NCBI GenBank assembly: GCA_039799905.1
Contig: JBDLRP010000020.1
Location: 1-64,000, forward strand
Reading direction: 5' to 3'
Length of the DNA stretch: 64,000 nt
Source: Pseudomonadota bacterium
Lineage (GTDB): Bacteria; Bdellovibrionota_B; Oligoflexia; Silvanigrellales; Silvanigrellaceae
Shown here piece after piece: positions 1 to 8,925 of this stretch. Position 1 is the stretch's first letter; every line of letters starts with the position of its first letter. The translations under genes were made by a program, and so were the position numbers. The notes below the pieces were generated by a model. It did not search any database, was not told the DNA's origin, and worked only from the letters and a program-made list of their open reading frames with translations.

Positions 1-206
1 TATCGCGGGTTGAACGACTCGGATGAATGCGCTCGGTCGTCATACCAATGGATTAAAACAGGCCAGACGTCTAAGTCGACGGAGCGCAAAACATCGACCA
101 CATTGCACACTCTTTGGAAAACTTTTATTCATATTCATCGCCTGAAGAACACCAAGCGATCTCCAAGACTACCTGGTGCAAATCCAAAGAGTTGAAAGAG
201 TCTTCT

Positions 207-869
207 TCAATTGTTTTTGATCATGGACTCGAACGGTGCAAAAGTGTAGCTGGGGGCATCGTAGGCCAACAATTCGCCGCGCTTGATGTCGAAATACCAG
301 CCGTGCAAGTGTAATTTGCCTTCTTTGACGCGCCGATCGATTTCGGGAAAAGAAAACAGATTTCCAATCGAGTTGATGATGCCGACTTTCTCATAGAATT
401 CATCGTGCAATTCCGGATCTAGCTCGTTGGCCTGCGATTCAAGCGGAGCAAACGTTTCACTCAAGTGCTTCAACCACACGCTGAGGTCATCAAGCCGCTG
501 CCCCTGCGGCCCGCGCATTTCGTTGCGGCGCGCGGCCTGAATGCCACCGCATCCCGAATGACCGCAAACGACAAAATGTTCAACTTCCAAGACCTCAATG
601 GCAAACTGCAATGCCGCTCGCACACCCCACGCAGTTTCGCTTTTACGGTCAGGAATCACGTTCGCTACGTTTCGCAAAACGAACATTTCACCTGGTTTAG
701 TGTCGGTGATGACCGCCGGGTCGACACGTGAATCCGAACACGAGATGATTGCCACGCGGGGCTTTTGCCCGTGCATGGCAAGACTACGGTAAAAGTCGCC
801 GGTTTCGGCGAGAAAATCCGAGCGAAACCGCAGATACCCCTGCGCAATTTTGTGAAGAGTTTTATCCAT
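207..869 (-). CDS. can: Beta-class carbonic anhydrase
   Basis: Zn-ligand motifs ISCSDSRV and GHSGCGG, plus LRNVAN and LHGWYFDI, typical of beta-CA. Confidence 0.95.
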   Translation of the reverse strand: MDKTLHKIAQGYLRFRSDFLAETGDFYRSLAMHGQKPRVAIISCSDSRVDPAVITDTKPGEMFVLRNVANVIPDRKSETAWGVRAALQFAIEVLEVEHFVVCGHSGCGGIQAARRNEMRGPQGQRLDDLSVWLKHLSETFAPLESQANELDPELHDEFYEKVGIINSIGNLFSFPEIDRRVKEGKLHLHGWYFDIKRGELLAYDAPSYTFAPFESMIKNN

Positions 870-1058
870 CCGCAGGTTTTACCCTTTCGTTTTTCCAAGC
901 AGAAACTGGTCGAGACAATAAAGCGTATCCGCAGGCTGAGTCAATCTGCAGCGGATGCGATAACGTACAGATTTGTCTTGCATATGCTCACATTCTGAGC
1001 CAAAAGAGCGGCCGTTCAGCGATAAAACCACGCTGACTCCAGAGCGAAGGTTGTCTTA

Positions 1059-1499
1059 ATGGTTCGCAAAGTTTCTTCCTCAGTTATCGTTATCGCTAGT
1101 GTATTTGCGCAGGCGAGAGCAGAAGCGGGTGAATTCATCTGCGTCACTGGAACTCTGTACAAACCAGACGGCAGCGAGGTTTACGTCGGCCTTGATGCCT
1201 GTGAGTCGGCAAAAATATTTGGCAAAGTTGCGTGCGTCGGCGGAAGTGTTCATCTCGCCAATGGGTCGTCTGCATACGTCGGAGAGGGAACCTGCCGCAA
1301 TGCAAAAGTCAGTCCGGCGTTTGTGTGCGCGGGGCCTTTTCTGTTTCATTCCTCAGGATGGAACCAATACGTCGGAAGTGCCTGCGCTCAGGCTCTGTTG
1401 TTGACAGAGCACGCGTGTGTGGGAGGGTTTCTCTACAAGGCCGACGGCACGTCCGTTTATGTGGGTGCCTCCGGATGCCAGTCCGTGCGGCCGCGCTGA
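1059..1499 (+). CDS. Secreted small protein with four ~31-aa two-cysteine repeats
   Basis: N-terminal signal-like segment ending AQARAEA; four repeats of C-x10-15-YVG-x2-3-C with a central G turn. Confidence 0.7.
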   Translation: MVRKVSSSVIVIASVFAQARAEAGEFICVTGTLYKPDGSEVYVGLDACESAKIFGKVACVGGSVHLANGSSAYVGEGTCRNAKVSPAFVCAGPFLFHSSGWNQYVGSACAQALLLTEHACVGGFLYKADGTSVYVGASGCQSVRPR

Positions 1500-1631
1500 T
1501 TCCCGTGACAGAAGAGTGGCATTTGATGTCAACTTCTCGAGTGTTTGCTTTCTCAATCCTCCGGCAACTTGTGTAACCTGAAGCATCCTTGTGAGCTTTT
1601 TAGGTTATAGTTGTTCGTGGAGGAATGCGAC

Positions 1632-2390
1632 GTGCGATGTCTATTGATCTTCTGTGCTGTTGTTCTTGGGGGTTGTCGGGTCATTGATACCGGTCAGGTC
1701 GGCATCAAAAAAACGTTCGGTGAGGTTCAGGGCGGCCTACTCGATCCAGGGCTCCATTTTTATAATTTTCTGACCACCAAGATCGTCTCTTTCAATGTTC
1801 AAGAAAGAAAGATTGAGGACAAAACAGCCTGCTTTACACGCGATACGCAAAACTCGTCAGTTTCATACACACTGACGTATTTCCCTGCAAAAGAGCAGGT
1901 CATGGACATTTATGTCAAACTCGGAGCGAACTGGGAAGACACGATAATTCTCCCAGTAGTGCGCGGCACTCTCAAGACTGTGACGGGTCAGTACGTCGCC
2001 GACGAACTGGTCGGAAAACGAGAAGCGGTGAGACAAAATGCGCTGACGTCGATCCGCGCAACGCTGGAAGCGCGTGGTGTCATGACCACCAACCTCGAAC
2101 TGACAAACATCGACTTTGACCAGAACTACGAAAGAGCTGTCGAAGCCAAAGCGGTTGCGGTTCAAAAGGCGGCCGAGGCAAAGAATAAAACAGTGGAAGT
2201 TGAAGAACAGGCCAGACAAAAGGTCATCGAAGCAAAGGCAGAGGCCGAGAGTACACGGATACGCACCGAGGCTCTTGAAAAGAGCAAGGAATTGATTCAG
2301 CTCGAAGCAGTGCGCAAATGGGATGGCAAACTACCCACACATATTCTCGGCGGATCAACATTGCCTTTTGTCGATGTCGGCAAAAAATAA
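1632..2390 (+). CDS. SPFH/band 7 (prohibitin-like) protein, probably a lipoprotein
   Basis: G-x-V-G-I-K-K-T-F-G-E-V...PGLHF N-terminus, LTNIDFD..YERAVEAK, AE-rich coiled coil and KWDGKLP. GTG start at 1632 after GGAGG; lipobox-like VLGGC. Confidence 0.9.
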   Translation: MRCLLIFCAVVLGGCRVIDTGQVGIKKTFGEVQGGLLDPGLHFYNFLTTKIVSFNVQERKIEDKTACFTRDTQNSSVSYTLTYFPAKEQVMDIYVKLGANWEDTIILPVVRGTLKTVTGQYVADELVGKREAVRQNALTSIRATLEARGVMTTNLELTNIDFDQNYERAVEAKAVAVQKAAEAKNKTVEVEEQARQKVIEAKAEAESTRIRTEALEKSKELIQLEAVRKWDGKLPTHILGGSTLPFVDVGKK

Positions 2391-2417
2391 GGCTGTCAGA
2401 GAAAATAAAATAGAAAC

Positions 2418-2457
2418 TCTCGGACAAACGGCAATCCCGCTGTCCGAGACTTTATTA
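2418..2457. terminator. Probable bidirectional intrinsic terminator
   Basis: TCTCGGACA (2418-2426) pairs with TGTCCGAGA (2441-2449). T-rich tails on both strands; lies between convergent genes. Confidence 0.6.
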
Positions 2458-2886
2458 TCGACTCAGGTCCGACGGAGAGCATGTGAATGACAGCGTCTGC
2501 TGCATGAGCGTGGTGTAGAAGAGCAACATCGTCTGCTGGGCGGGTGTGAAGGCCGGTGGCGGCTCACCGTTCGAACCATCAAGAGTCGACATGATGGCAG
2601 CAATCGACTGATAAACCGGATACGGAACTTTCACCTGCTTCGTGCAGACATCCCCTTTGCGGACCACGGTTGTGGTGTAGGAGTTGCTGTCGTCGAGATA
2701 GATGATCGGCGAGTTGATCACAAGCGGCCTGTCTGCACTGCTATCCATTTGGATATTGACCTCGAAAATGACGCACTGACCATCTGGACCACAATTCACC
2801 CCCCCGCCTTCCGGCTGGCTGACTCGCGCAAAAGCATTCGAAACCAACATTGCAGCGGCCAGTGTGAGAACATTCAGCGATTTCAT
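2455..2886 (-). CDS. Secreted hypothetical protein, paralogue A of a tandem pair
   Basis: ATG at 2886 with AGGAG RBS; signal peptide ending NAFA; 4 Cys and TPAxQTxLLxYxTxMQQT shared with the neighbouring gene. Confidence 0.8.
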   Translation of the reverse strand: MKSLNVLTLAAAMLVSNAFARVSQPEGGGVNCGPDGQCVIFEVNIQMDSSADRPLVINSPIIYLDDSNSYTTTVVRKGDVCTKQVKVPYPVYQSIAAIMSTLDGSNGEPPPAFTPAQQTMLLFYTTLMQQTLSFTCSPSDLSR

Positions 2887-2937
2887 ATCAACTCCTTTTT
2901 TTAAAACTGGATCCACGAAAATAAATTCACGAGAAGT

Positions 2938-3369
2938 TCAATTGCACTGAAAATTAATCGTCTGCTGCATGATGGTGTTGTAATAAAGTAAGATAGTTTG
3001 CTCTGCGGGTGTCAGAGTCGGAGGAACACCCTGCACTCCACCCTTGCTGTCGATGAACTCAAACATTTTTGTCACGGCACGATGGACCTCACGCGGCACA
3101 CGGACCTCCTTCCGACAAACTTTTTTTGCACTTGTGTGCGCCACAGGGGCCGGAGCGAAACTATCGTCAGTGATGGTGCCGATCACCACTCCTGTGTTGT
3201 GTGGAATGCGCTGCTCAATTTCGCTTTGAACAGACATGATTGTGCAAAATCCGTCGCTGCCGCACTGACCCGACGCATACGCCGGAGCCGTTTGTAAAAT
3301 CGCAAACGAAGCGAGTAAAAAAGAAAAGCGCATGGGCTCTTTGAAGACTGAACCGGTTTTCACACGCAT
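2938..3369 (-). CDS. Secreted hypothetical protein, paralogue B of a tandem pair
   Basis: AGGAGG RBS before ATG 3369 (alternative start 3333); signal peptide ending PAYA; collinear similarity to 2455-2886. Confidence 0.8.
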   Translation of the reverse strand: MRVKTGSVFKEPMRFSFLLASFAILQTAPAYASGQCGSDGFCTIMSVQSEIEQRIPHNTGVVIGTITDDSFAPAPVAHTSAKKVCRKEVRVPREVHRAVTKMFEFIDSKGGVQGVPPTLTPAEQTILLYYNTIMQQTINFQCN

Positions 3370-3535
3370 GCATGGCACCTCCTGTTGTGTGTGTTCCATA
3401 TAGCGCTGAATCACTCTTGCGCGTCCATGAGTGATTTTCCCAATTCAGGAAGATTGAACAGTAAGTCATCGACAACCGTTTAGACTGCTCATACCGTCCG
3501 TTGCGTCACTTCGTCCTCACATAGGAGAGTCAGGT

Positions 3536-4150
3536 ATGAACACGATCACGTCTTTAAAAATCGCACTCGCAACGTTCGCACTCTCAAGTCAGCTTCCGAT
3601 GTATGCCATTGCGAACCCGACAACCGGAACAGTCACACCACCTGGGGCCTGTCAGGACCTCGTGATAGTTATGAAAGACGACACGGGTGATACTTCCAAC
3701 CCGAAAAAAATGACTGTCTTTTTGGACTGCCATGAAGCGGCAACAAACTCACCCTCAGCAACAACCATGAACTTTTTTATCTTTGACCAAGGCAGACTCT
3801 GTCATGGTTATCGAGTGTGCGGAAATCTGCGTGGCTGGGAAGGATCTTTCAAGGTCGGCAGCACCTGGTACTACGGCAAACACTTCGGCGACGCGCACGA
3901 TATTGCGCGGCATTGTGACGATGACGATGATTCATGCAGGTCATCCGAACATCCGCTGTATGGCTACGGATTGGGATACGGCGGACATTACGGATACGGG
4001 TACCCATACGGAAGCAGCGGACGCAGCAATGTTCGGATGGACTTTGTCACAAAGTTTTCCAACATCAGCCGCCACTGCGGTCAGCTGCACAACTACCAAT
4101 GCCTTGATCTGCCCTCGCTGCCGGCGCTGCCGTCGGACATCAAGAAATGA
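3536..4150 (+). CDS. Secreted Cys-containing hypothetical protein with a Gly/Tyr-rich segment
   Basis: AGGAG RBS, signal peptide, YGYGLGYGGHYGYGYPYG tract; stop overlaps the next start (ATGA). Confidence 0.7.
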   Translation: MNTITSLKIALATFALSSQLPMYAIANPTTGTVTPPGACQDLVIVMKDDTGDTSNPKKMTVFLDCHEAATNSPSATTMNFFIFDQGRLCHGYRVCGNLRGWEGSFKVGSTWYYGKHFGDAHDIARHCDDDDDSCRSSEHPLYGYGLGYGGHYGYGYPYGSSGRSNVRMDFVTKFSNISRHCGQLHNYQCLDLPSLPALPSDIKK

Positions 4151-5034
4151 ATCTGTGGTGCCCCACGGGAGCTCTCTTTCACACGGTTCACCTTCTGTGT
4201 GTCAGCAATCAATATGCAATCGGCCCCTTCCCTCCCGAGATGCAGAAGGCTTGTGAGAACTTTCGCGGCACCGCTGCAGAGGAATGCGCAGGAACCAACT
4301 GGGACATATACTTTGCCGGTGTGTTGCGCGGAAACCTGCGCTGCCCTGCCGGCAGTAGTCTCGATGCAAAACTCAATGCCTGCACCGATGGCTCTTTTGC
4401 CTATGGCCCGTTTACAGGGGACCAAGTTGATGAATGCAGGCGGCTCAATTGGGCCTACGTCTGCGAGACCATGCGCTGGCCACTGGCGGTGCTGCGTGGT
4501 GAAAATGCTCCGCCGGCAGCGCCGCCAAAAATCAACGCCGATGGACCTAAGATTGACTTAGGTAACATCCGCGGTTTGTCGGGTAAGCTTCTCGCCTATT
4601 ATTCAAACCCAGCGAATTATAAATCCGTGCATGCGCAGGTCATGAAGTGGTTCGGAACCACTCAAAATGCCTGTGTCGCCTTTATGAGCACGGCCCTGCG
4701 CAACGTCGGGCTGCAAGTGCCGCGCGCCCTCAATTCACAGGGCTACAACATCAGCACTTGGACGGCGGCGTTTTCAGATTACCTTCAGCACTCACTAGGG
4801 TGGCGACGTATCGACCGACTCGCAGAATTACGGGCGGGTGATGTTGTCTTCACGCTCGATCTCGACGGCAGTCGGCGAGTGCCCGCACATGTGTTTTTGT
4901 TTGCTGGCTGGAAGGATTCACAGTCAACATTGGCGCGTGTGATAGACAATCAAGGCTTCCTGCACACTCGCGACCTTTTGGGCACCCAGGGCAACTTTAC
5001 GCCTTTTCAATACGCGCTGCGGCCCAACGATTGA
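4147..5034 (+). CDS. Putative papain-fold (NlpC/P60/CHAP-like) peptidoglycan amidase with N-terminal Cys-rich repeats
   Basis: NACVAFMSTAL (Cys at 4672), RAGDVVF, PAHVFLF (His at 4888) and DNQG occur in the order expected for this fold. Confidence 0.65.
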   Translation: MNLWCPTGALFHTVHLLCVSNQYAIGPFPPEMQKACENFRGTAAEECAGTNWDIYFAGVLRGNLRCPAGSSLDAKLNACTDGSFAYGPFTGDQVDECRRLNWAYVCETMRWPLAVLRGENAPPAAPPKINADGPKIDLGNIRGLSGKLLAYYSNPANYKSVHAQVMKWFGTTQNACVAFMSTALRNVGLQVPRALNSQGYNISTWTAAFSDYLQHSLGWRRIDRLAELRAGDVVFTLDLDGSRRVPAHVFLFAGWKDSQSTLARVIDNQGFLHTRDLLGTQGNFTPFQYALRPND

Positions 5035-5110
5035 CCGACATTCTCAAAGAGCAAAGAAAACCCGCTCTAACACTCTTCATCAATCATGAGTTGTCGCGGC
5101 GAGAATTGCC

Positions 5111-6460
5111 TCAGAATGAGTTACAGAAACTTCTGAGCGACGAGTAAACAGGCGGATTGATAAGCGTGCCTGAGCTTGAGTTTGGCGGATAAGGAACGAT
5201 TGGGTTGGTTGGCATGGGAATATCGGGTAGTTCATTACACCTGATTCCATTCGAGCGCTTAAACCACACGCGGCACTGATGGACAGCTCCCAGAACGTTG
5301 CGAGAGACCGTCGCAGAAACAAATACATTGTTGCTTAAATCCCTAAACACCTTGTCTATCGTATAATCATATCTAATCTTGCCGTCTCTCGGTTCACTTG
5401 TATCGTTATCCACATATATTCTCTCAAAGCTGAGAACGTTGTTGGTGCCAGCTTGGTAGATAATATTGACGGGGAGGTTGACGGGATCTGAATTATTTCC
5501 GGGAATCGGACTTGTAGCGTCGATGTCTTGAGCAAGCCAGTCCAGCCGTGTTCCATCATTGGGTCCCTGCAATTTCAGGCCGTCGAAATAAACAAAATCA
5601 TGAAAGTTATCGAGACGATTCTGATTGGTCGGGAATGGTGGAAAGCATTCGGCGTAGGCCGGATCAGGAGAGAAATCCAACAACTTGTTCAAATCATCCA
5701 CCGTCAGCGGCGGCGGAGGAGCTCCGAACTCAATTTTGATCTTTCCCGCATCTAAATCGTTGCGACGGAAGCGGGGTGTGACCCCCGGCTGTTCTTCGAC
5801 GGTAAATCTCAATACAGCCTCACGATTTGCGACTAATTTGAAGTTGAATTGCGGAGTCGTGGTAGTCGATGCCGGCAGTTGCAGGTTGACCGAGGTTGTA
5901 CCGAACACGTTGCAACTGCCGGCAGGACCAGGTGACAGTGGAGTACCAGAGTCAGTTCCGCAATTGGAAGCATGCATTGCGATGGAAATCTTGGGATTCG
6001 TCTGTGTAAACCAGTCATCTGGAGGAGGATTCAACGCCACCGATGGCGTGACTGTGACATTCCAATCAAGCACATCAGAACTTGTTGCGCTGATGGGAGG
6101 GATGCAAACATCAACACCAAATCTGGCGCCAATCTGAGCCGAGGTCAGATAAAATCCAATAGGCTTCAAGATTGAAAGGTCAGCTACGTTTTTGCCGGAA
6201 TAGCCGCCGGTCAGATACTCGGCGATTTCTCCGGCGATAAAAGACGTGACTTGTGAGGGCAAATCAGGATTGACAACAAAATCCGCGTAATTTCCAGCAG
6301 CGTCATCAACGCTGGGTTGATTTAAAAAAACATTGCACGGATATCCATCGTCCGTAATAAATTCTTGCGCTTCAGCATGCTTGTGCTGTGAACCGATGAT
6401 CGAGAATAAAAGAGCATAAAGCTTGAAATTTGAACTTACAAACCTGGATTGTACTGTCAT
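5111..6460 (-). CDS. Secreted hypothetical protein; N-terminal domain homologous to 8023-8925 plus an extra C-terminal domain
   Basis: 449-aa ORF, signal-like N-terminus (..HAEA), shared motifs including FRRNDL, PPPP linker; start overlaps the upstream stop. Confidence 0.8.
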   Translation of the reverse strand: MTVQSRFVSSNFKLYALLFSIIGSQHKHAEAQEFITDDGYPCNVFLNQPSVDDAAGNYADFVVNPDLPSQVTSFIAGEIAEYLTGGYSGKNVADLSILKPIGFYLTSAQIGARFGVDVCIPPISATSSDVLDWNVTVTPSVALNPPPDDWFTQTNPKISIAMHASNCGTDSGTPLSPGPAGSCNVFGTTSVNLQLPASTTTTPQFNFKLVANREAVLRFTVEEQPGVTPRFRRNDLDAGKIKIEFGAPPPPLTVDDLNKLLDFSPDPAYAECFPPFPTNQNRLDNFHDFVYFDGLKLQGPNDGTRLDWLAQDIDATSPIPGNNSDPVNLPVNIIYQAGTNNVLSFERIYVDNDTSEPRDGKIRYDYTIDKVFRDLSNNVFVSATVSRNVLGAVHQCRVWFKRSNGIRCNELPDIPMPTNPIVPYPPNSSSGTLINPPVYSSLRSFCNSF

Positions 6461-7986
6461 GGGCAGTCGGCCTTCATCAATGAATTGGTTTCTTTATTGT
6501 ATTCTGAAGCAAACGAAGACTCGCGCCAGACACGATAGTCGACTGTTCTCGCTCTACCATTCTCAAAATCATCGACGGTGAATTCGACGCCCACTTTAAG
6601 TTTTGCCTGCCCCGATATCGCGTCGGCGCAACCGGAATCGCCACACATTGATTCGAAGTATGGCGGCCAATCGACACCCTTCAAGAGAGCGCGCAGCTGA
6701 CTGAGCTCCAGCTCGAGGTCGTTTCCGCCCGCAGGACTCAATGGACTCACGACAGGCAGCAACGGTTGGGCTTTCAAGGAGTCTAACCCTGGAATAACTG
6801 CAATCGGTGGAAGTGGTCGTAGTGGAAGATTAGGATCGATGGCCCAGAGTCCCTGCTGGATCAAGAAATCCCTGAATCCCTCTCTGAAGAGTCTATAGTT
6901 GACCGAAAGATAGGTCAGGTCAGCTTCCAAACGATAGCGGCTACCCGGTTTAAATTCGAAATTTCTGATATCGCGTTGCAGTCGGAAAAAACCTTCCCAA
7001 AACGCTGGTGCAAGCGCTCCGGAATACCATTGATCCAAAAAAAGGTCTCTGCCGTCAGGTAGAATTTCCTTCAAACTGAATTGGATACCAACGGGAGTTG
7101 AATAGCGACATGGTGTAACGTTGTCGGATGGGCAAAGATTTTTAAAAAACAACTGAGACATGAGCATTGATTGTCTGCCATTCTTCTCAATCTTCATATC
7201 TCCCATGTGAACGTCCGGAAATGCTAAAACGGGCCAACGCGGCGCCGAGTCACCCATATCAGCTGACAATCGCACTTGTTGCACAGGTGCCTGAATCGAG
7301 AATCTGAGCAACCCCGAGCCAAGGGGAATCAACGTTGAACTCTGGCCAGAGGCGTCACCCGACAGATAAAAGCCATTAAAGGCAAACATATCCAACGGAG
7401 AAAGACCGAGTCTTTGAAAGTTTCGCTCGTCAGTGCATTCAGGATTCAATTCATATTGAACAGAAAAAGACGAATGAGGATTGATCCGGAAGTAACAAAC
7501 TCCGCCGCGTGCAACCACCTCAAATGGATTAACCGCATAGACCTGACATGCAAACTGTTCAGCGGCCGGCTCGATACCAGATACATCTCTTATTCGGTAT
7601 TGAACACAATTCTGCAACTGACGTGTCTTGAGTTTGTAAAATTCATCTTTTTCGTCCCAATCTTGAAACATCATCGGAACGGGTGTGTTCACAACCCTGC
7701 ACTGATCAGCGTTCAACCGACCCGTGAAGGAGGCAGAACGTCCTCCAACTAAATTTACATATTCAGGTCCAAGAGTCACCGTGAGCCAACGACCGATATC
7801 TCCTTCGGAGAAGCCGGCAAACGATGCCACAGGTGGCAGAGTCCCCACGCTTCCAGACCAATTGAATTCAGGGGCCGCGTGCAGATGAACGAACTCGGGA
7901 ATCGAGCGCAATGAATCTGCCTGAGCAGGCGCGATGTACAAAAACAACACTGAAGATAAAGTCACTATTTTTCGCAGTAATTTCAT
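6457..7986 (-). CDS. Secreted Cys-rich hypothetical protein (509 aa)
   Basis: Classic signal peptide ending AQA; GAGGA RBS; about 10 Cys; Pro-rich segment near the C-terminus. Confidence 0.8.
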   Translation of the reverse strand: MKLLRKIVTLSSVLFLYIAPAQADSLRSIPEFVHLHAAPEFNWSGSVGTLPPVASFAGFSEGDIGRWLTVTLGPEYVNLVGGRSASFTGRLNADQCRVVNTPVPMMFQDWDEKDEFYKLKTRQLQNCVQYRIRDVSGIEPAAEQFACQVYAVNPFEVVARGGVCYFRINPHSSFSVQYELNPECTDERNFQRLGLSPLDMFAFNGFYLSGDASGQSSTLIPLGSGLLRFSIQAPVQQVRLSADMGDSAPRWPVLAFPDVHMGDMKIEKNGRQSMLMSQLFFKNLCPSDNVTPCRYSTPVGIQFSLKEILPDGRDLFLDQWYSGALAPAFWEGFFRLQRDIRNFEFKPGSRYRLEADLTYLSVNYRLFREGFRDFLIQQGLWAIDPNLPLRPLPPIAVIPGLDSLKAQPLLPVVSPLSPAGGNDLELELSQLRALLKGVDWPPYFESMCGDSGCADAISGQAKLKVGVEFTVDDFENGRARTVDYRVWRESSFASEYNKETNSLMKADCP

Positions 7987-8022
7987 ATGCGCTCGTTCCT
8001 CATCTAAGATAAAATGAGAGGC

Positions 8023-8925
8023 TTAGTATTTTCTCTTGACATTGAGTTCGATGGCAAATTCGGCAGTCTTGAGGTCGTTACGACGAAACGTCGTTGCATT
8101 CTCTGAAAATATGTAACGAATGATGCAGTTTTTAGAATCGGCATCGACTGTATATAAATCGAAGGGATCTGAGGTATCAAAGACTTTTTGCGTGGCGCCG
8201 TTGGCCTTCGAACTTAGGTCAAAAGCATCTGTCGTCGAGACATAATCTCCACTTATTCCATCGAGATTAGTTACGACAGTTTCTTTGATATTATCAAGAT
8301 CATTATCACAAACAATTTTTCCAATGACGCTGAGAGATGAATTATTCCAATAAAATTCACCTTCCGCTGCAATGTTTTTCGTCGTTATGCTATCCCTGAC
8401 CTCATATGTATGGGTATCGTTGTCATCAACCGTTGGAATCCAAGCAATTCGAGAATCACGGAAACAAAAATCTACAAAATATTTTGCACCGTACTTTTGA
8501 GACCCAAGATTGAATGTCAGTTCATCGGGATTGAGGCCTCCAGAAGACAGGGGACTTGTTGCATCACGAAGCACCGTCGCGAATTTTGTTGTACCTACCG
8601 AAGTATCTGCCGCCGTAATTCCTGGTAAATTCAATGCAACAGTTTTAAATTCATCGGTTGTATTCGCCGTGAGATTCGCCTCAAGATAAAGAGAACTCCA
8701 TGCCGTCGTCGAAGTCACTTTGTTTCCGTCGTACTCAGCGTAGTTTGCGGACAACCAGCTCTCACCGAGATCGGCATTTGGGTCATACAATCCCGCATCA
8801 CATGGGTAAATCTGCGTACCTGAACTGTTCACCAAAAAATGAAAGTTAACTCCCGCTGCGTGCGCATATTGCGAGACAAAAAGCCCAATGGCTGCAAATG
8901 GAATTGATTTAAAATATGACTTCAT
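8023..8925 (-). CDS. Secreted beta-rich hypothetical protein (300 aa), candidate major fibre subunit
   Basis: AGAGGAG RBS; signal peptide ending AHA; 4 Cys; rich in Thr/Ser/Asn/Asp. Confidence 0.8.
   Translation of the reverse strand: MKSYFKSIPFAAIGLFVSQYAHAAGVNFHFLVNSSGTQIYPCDAGLYDPNADLGESWLSANYAEYDGNKVTSTTAWSSLYLEANLTANTTDEFKTVALNLPGITAADTSVGTTKFATVLRDATSPLSSGGLNPDELTFNLGSQKYGAKYFVDFCFRDSRIAWIPTVDDNDTHTYEVRDSITTKNIAAEGEFYWNNSSLSVIGKIVCDNDLDNIKETVVTNLDGISGDYVSTTDAFDLSSKANGATQKVFDTSDPFDLYTVDADSKNCIIRYIFSENATTFRRNDLKTAEFAIELNVKRKY

Noticed and set aside
1..195. Short ORFs at the left edge (10..195 + and minus-strand alternatives)
   Set aside because: No recognisable motif or RBS and no frame clearly preferred; cannot be called from this fragment.
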